Made by a program: the position numbers and the translations under genes. From Styela clava (taxonomy: Eukaryota), in assembly GCF_964204865.1 (NCBI RefSeq), contig NC_135258.1, positions 9,362,001 to 9,426,000 on the forward strand: a stretch of DNA of 64,000 nt, read 5' to 3'. Under the pieces are notes generated by a model. The model searched no databases. It was not told where the DNA came from and saw only the letters and a list, made by a program, of their open reading frames with translations. Shown one piece after another: positions 59,330 to 64,000 of the stretch; the stretch's first letter is position 1; the number at the start of each line of letters is the position of its first letter.

Positions 59330-62300
59330 TCAAACGTAATCGGTTTTCCGGTGGTCATCAAATGCAGAACTTGGTATTGTTTCTCTGGTATGAAATACAG
59401 TTCAATAATTGACAAAAATTAATTTACGATCATAGCAAGTAGTACCAAACGTCGTTAAAAAAGAGCAAAAAATACTTTCATCAAAGCTCGAAAGTTGGCG
59501 CATTGTGCTAATCGTTTGGTACATACGTGACATCTCACCTCTGATCACCCTGCGTATCCTATGGGCGGTAGGATATGTGCGAAAGGATTGCTGGACTCCC
59601 GACTCCTCCATCATCAAGTGCTGAAACAAATGAGTGGCTAACCCCATTAACTGGTGACCAGACGAGAGACCGTGGTTCGCCATATGCTCAAGCAGTCAAT
59701 GGACTACATCCAACGTAGTACGATGACCGAATGCATAGTTTATTCTTGAAATATTCAAAATACACAAGTATATTCAATGGGAAGCGGGCACACCTCCTTG
59801 CTAGTTCGTATCCGACCGGGGATTATCCTAACACAACGAGAGCAAGCGCGAAAAAGCTCACGCTCCCGCCTACCGCGACTGTACCATCTGAATTTGGAAT
59901 ATCTTCACTATTCGCGTTGAATATGCCCTCAAGTTCCGATTCAAAATATTAGCATTATCTGGCTTCCGATTCATATATATACATAGTGAGATATTACTGA
60001 CCTTGGTGTTCGATACCGATATCCATCGTATTCGTCATCCCCCTTATCTTTGCATGCTCCAAAGAATAATATGCATCCGGATATCAGCACTAAAAATAAT
60101 AGTACTTAGTTAGAAGAATTGTAATATTGGGATGCGCTCGTATGCAATCGAACGCAATGATCAATTGCCAGTTTTGGGGAGACAGGAGTTGTGAAAATGT
60201 TGCATTACAAATCGAGAATTTTTCAGCTCGTTGTGGCAATGGCCCACGATAGGCTATGTTGATGACGATGTACATTTTGTCAATACATTATTAAATCCTA
60301 GTTTGGCTCTCAGTATAAAGGTGGTTTACCGAAATATGGAAGATTGACTCGAAACAACAGCGACTTATTATCTGGGATGCAAACTTAAAAAACTTTGCTT
60401 TACTTACAAAATGCCATTGAAACCCATGCCACATACAGGCAAGGTCCATATTCATATTTAAATTCCCTTTCTTGGTAGTAAGGATTGTAGAACTGATATG
60501 TTACTTGCCAGGCGTAAAACGAAGTTGCTCCCAATGTGCATAACCCTATGATGAAGCAAAATTAACGACAAAATTATATGTTCAATGTTTTGATGTTCCC
60601 TCGGCCAGGTTTTCTCTCGCATGAGTATATTCTTATAGTGCAAAACTGTGTTTTCATGCCATTATAAACTTAGCATTACGTCAGTCACATTTAGAGATAG
60701 TCAGTGGTGTGATTCAGTCGGTTCTATAGAACCGTCTCACGGAATTTTTTAAGATTACTAGTCACTGTCAATGTTCTGTTTGTAACAGAACCGGCTGAAA
60801 AATAGAACTTTTGTGATGGAACCTACTGACAAAAAATTTAATCCCGCCAGGTAGTGTAGGATCACTTAAACATAACAAATCGCTTTTGATAACTATATTT
60901 CCCATAGCAAAACAATACTTAAATCTTACATGAAACTAAAATCATGGCGCCGGCTGCAAGAGTCAGACTTCTCCTTGCTTTAGTTCCGTTTCCCAAAATA
61001 TTTGAGCAGTCTACCACCAACATGTTGATGATAAGGCCGAAAAACGTGAGCACACATGCCGTCGTCATCAGCCCTCGACAAGCTTGAATTCCAGCTAAAA
61101 CAGGGCAAATGAATATTGCATCGTTTATATTATTTCGATTTTCAGAAAAAAAAATGGAAATTGCTGTATTGCTCAAAAATTGACTGTAAGTAGCATCTTG
61201 TCAGATAGATTGCGGGACTAAATAAATACCTCCAGGGCAGCTTTTCTTGCGTCCGAATTCCAAGGTTTGGCAAATCACTATTTACTCCAGGATAGAACTT
61301 TATATGCAAAATAATATTAAGCAAAACATCAGAAATGTTGAATTAATACATTTGGAGCGTACTAAAAATGGGATTCGTTAATATATATTTGCACCATAAA
61401 TGGTAGCTTATGAAAGTAATACATATCTGAGCAGCAACATTGACAACGCATCTATGGCTCATGCTTGGCATTCTTTGTACACGCCCGCCGTTTGGCAAGC
61501 GTAGTTACGTGTCCTGTCCTGCTAACTCCACGCGGCTATTATCTGCGTCACAGCGGTTGTTATTGATTTATCCCAAATGCATTGTTCTAGGATCTAACTT
61601 AATGATTCTTTATTCTGTGCAAATCTGTTACATGATTATTGCTATATAGACACTCTGGGTGTAAATACTCATGAATTTACTCATGAATACTCCGCTTACG
61701 ATTGTTGCGTGTTGTCGCTCTCAGGTACATTTTATAGAATGTTTCGTATTTATAGCCACTAAATAACATTACAAAAAGATTCTGACTTTCAAGACTAAGT
61801 GCAGTAATCTATAAATAACACTCTCGATGGAAATCTATAAATTCATAGCATGAGTCGACCTCTGTATTAATATGTTCATATGCAAAGAAAGTGAATACAG
61901 TATACAGAGAGACGAGAGAGTGAGCAAAAAATTCTGTTTCTTAAATCTGGTCATGCCAATATAATCGACATGTATTTTTTCAGACCTATTTGAATGAAAT
62001 CTATATTCAAATACAAGAATATCTACAGTCGACTCCCGGCGCTTCGCTAAAAAAAATTTTTGAATTCGGCTTCGGGTTGGGAAAATGTTCGACTCCTACT
62101 CACGATCCGAATAAGATGAAAAAAGTAATTTTGATGACGAAAGCTCTTGCATTTAAGAGTTTCTTCAGTAAACTGTTAAAAGCACTTAGTAAAGTTTTTT
62201 TTGAGTTTCTGTATAAAAGTTTGACTTATTTATATCATTATTGAAAGTTTGCAACTTCGACTATTTCAGAATTGTGATTCCAGGAAGTTTGGAAATGCAA

Positions 62301-63876
62301 CACCGGCTCCGAATCCATTGAAAACCGACCAAACCCTACTTCCTACTCCACACTCTTGAAGATATTGTCGTCTTGTATTTTTTTATATAATTTGTCATGT
62401 TTACATATATTAGTAAACTGCTACCGTATCAATGTTGTTTCTTGGAATTATATATATATCATAATATTCTAAAACATGTCGTCAAAACAACTGGTTGAAT
62501 TAATTGATTTTATAATATTATCTGCCTGTGAGATAATAATTAAGCATAGGGTAGTCATAAAATAAACATTTCAACTAGAAGTATGCACAACACAATAGCA
62601 CTGAGCAAGCGTAAGTTATCTGAGAAGAATGTGACGACAGAATACAATTATCTGAGGCCCGATTTTGTTTGGTGATGTCGCTTTGCCTATTTCTCCGTTC
62701 TGTTGCATTTTAAGCTTGCAATGTAAATGTTTATTGAGAAAAACGTCATTTGTGTAAATTAACTAACAATGCATTTTGTGTCGATTCAATGCCTCAGTCT
62801 TATCAATGTTTGCATACGTTAACACGTCCGACAATACTAAGACCTCGTAGAGGTGGTCCAACTGCCTCCATACTACATAGGGCTTATACATATAGAACGC
62901 AATATGTACAATTCGCTGAAATAAAATGGGATGATACCTGATCCTAAAAGATTGTCGTAACATTCATCCTTACGGTATTGGCAAAGCCTGAAAATACCAT
63001 TCAAACATTATGGATGTGTCTTATAAGGTTTTGCCTATAAGATAAAGTGTCTTGGTCATCTTCAATTTCATATGAATTGAATTTACGAAAACTTAGCAGT
63101 GATAATTCGATATTCAAAATGCTGATAATTTTGATACTTATATTTATATTATGTTTATATAGTTATATTATACTGATTACTTATATTTTTTTTAAATTGT
63201 GGTTCAACACCAAACACATATTTTAACGGCGTCATTTTCAATTTACCATATATAAATGGTATAATCGAAAGCAACATAATATCACAGCATATATATCAGA
63301 ATGCATGTTCTAATACTCACAATACACAAGGGAGTTTGGATTTCATTTTTAATTCACAATTCGAAATATCAGCAGATCTAAATAGGTAATAAAGAAAAGA
63401 CTATTTCCGCAGGACGATCAAAGAAAGCTTGCCACTTCGTCCTTGCTGAATGGAAGGAAATAGGATAATTTTCTGCGTACAAATCTGTTACGAACTTTTC
63501 ATTTGAAGGAACGATAACAATCATCGGTGCTACTTTTGTATGCGATCTAAGCGGCTGTGTGATCTCGTTCATTTTAGGTAAATGGGTTTGGTGCTGAAGT
63601 TTATGAGAATGTCTTTATGAGAATAAACATATACCTTACGGGTAAGTAAACGGCTAGAAAGAATTTGGACCTCCAATACCTAATCGTAACAGATATACTT
63701 TAGCATGCACGGTTTAAAAGAAATACCACTATAACAGTAAGCTTATTCGATTTACCATCAACGTATAGTGTCGGCATCCCGTAGTTGCTACATGTGAATC
63801 CTCCCGTTTTCAGAGACATGCATTGCCACCATAGTCCATCAAATGTTGGTATACGGCCATACAATGGATCAGACAC
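59330..63876 (-). CDS. Claudin; first coding exon lies beyond the window end
   Basis: Exons 63876-63756 (GLWWQCMSLKTGGFTC signature), 61094-60930 (IQACRGLM...), 60545-60408 (FYNPYY...KYEYGPCLYVAW), 60089-60002 (LLISGCILFFGAC), 59384-59330 (ends KTDYV*, the C-terminal YV PDZ-binding motif). Confidence 0.92.
59530..59690 (+). mobile_element. Degenerate tRNA-derived SINE fragment in a claudin intron
   Basis: cacctctgatcaccctgcg...gattgctggactcc...ccagacgagagaccgtggttcgccatatg matches 45771-46062. Confidence 0.7.
60702..60850. mobile_element. Degenerate hAT-like MITE
   Basis: Ends cagtggtgtgattca ... taatcccgccag with agaaccg subterminal repeats. Confidence 0.4.
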
Positions 63877-64000
63877 CTATAAAATTGAATGTTTCGTTTG
63901 GTCAGACCTATAGGGAAACTAGCTAAAGGACTTGTGATATAAATGCAGCTGTGGGATTCGAATTCACGCTATTGAAGTGAATGATGTCTTGAACGTTTTG

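Overview
AT-rich eukaryotic genomic DNA with short GT-AG introns. Gene content, compactness, claudin and repeat types point to an invertebrate chordate, most likely an ascidian (inference; no species assignment possible). Manual splicing gives 12 protein-coding genes: a single-kringle trypsin-like protease (-, 3' end cut off), SLC35A2 (+), ZMYND10 (-), CEP135 (-), FBXW2 (+), AKAP14 (-), CCDC153 (-), EIF2B1 (+), SRRM2/CWC21-like (-), TAF13 (+), a C3orf33 homologue (+) and a claudin (-, 5' end cut off). There is also a UBL5/Hub1 pseudogene that the ORF track misses. Five CDSs have no introns. Three of them lie directly upstream of a same-strand multi-exon gene (CEP135>ZMYND10, CCDC153>AKAP14, TAF13>C3orf33), the layout of SL-trans-spliced ascidian operons, and two of these pairs are ciliary genes. 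Non-coding DNA holds hAT/Buster-type and Merlin-like MITEs with 8-bp TSDs, tRNA-derived SINEs, a LINE remnant and a Helentron/HINE tandem array nested in a 5.5-kb composite element. Protein identities come from recognising family sequences from memory, not from database searches.
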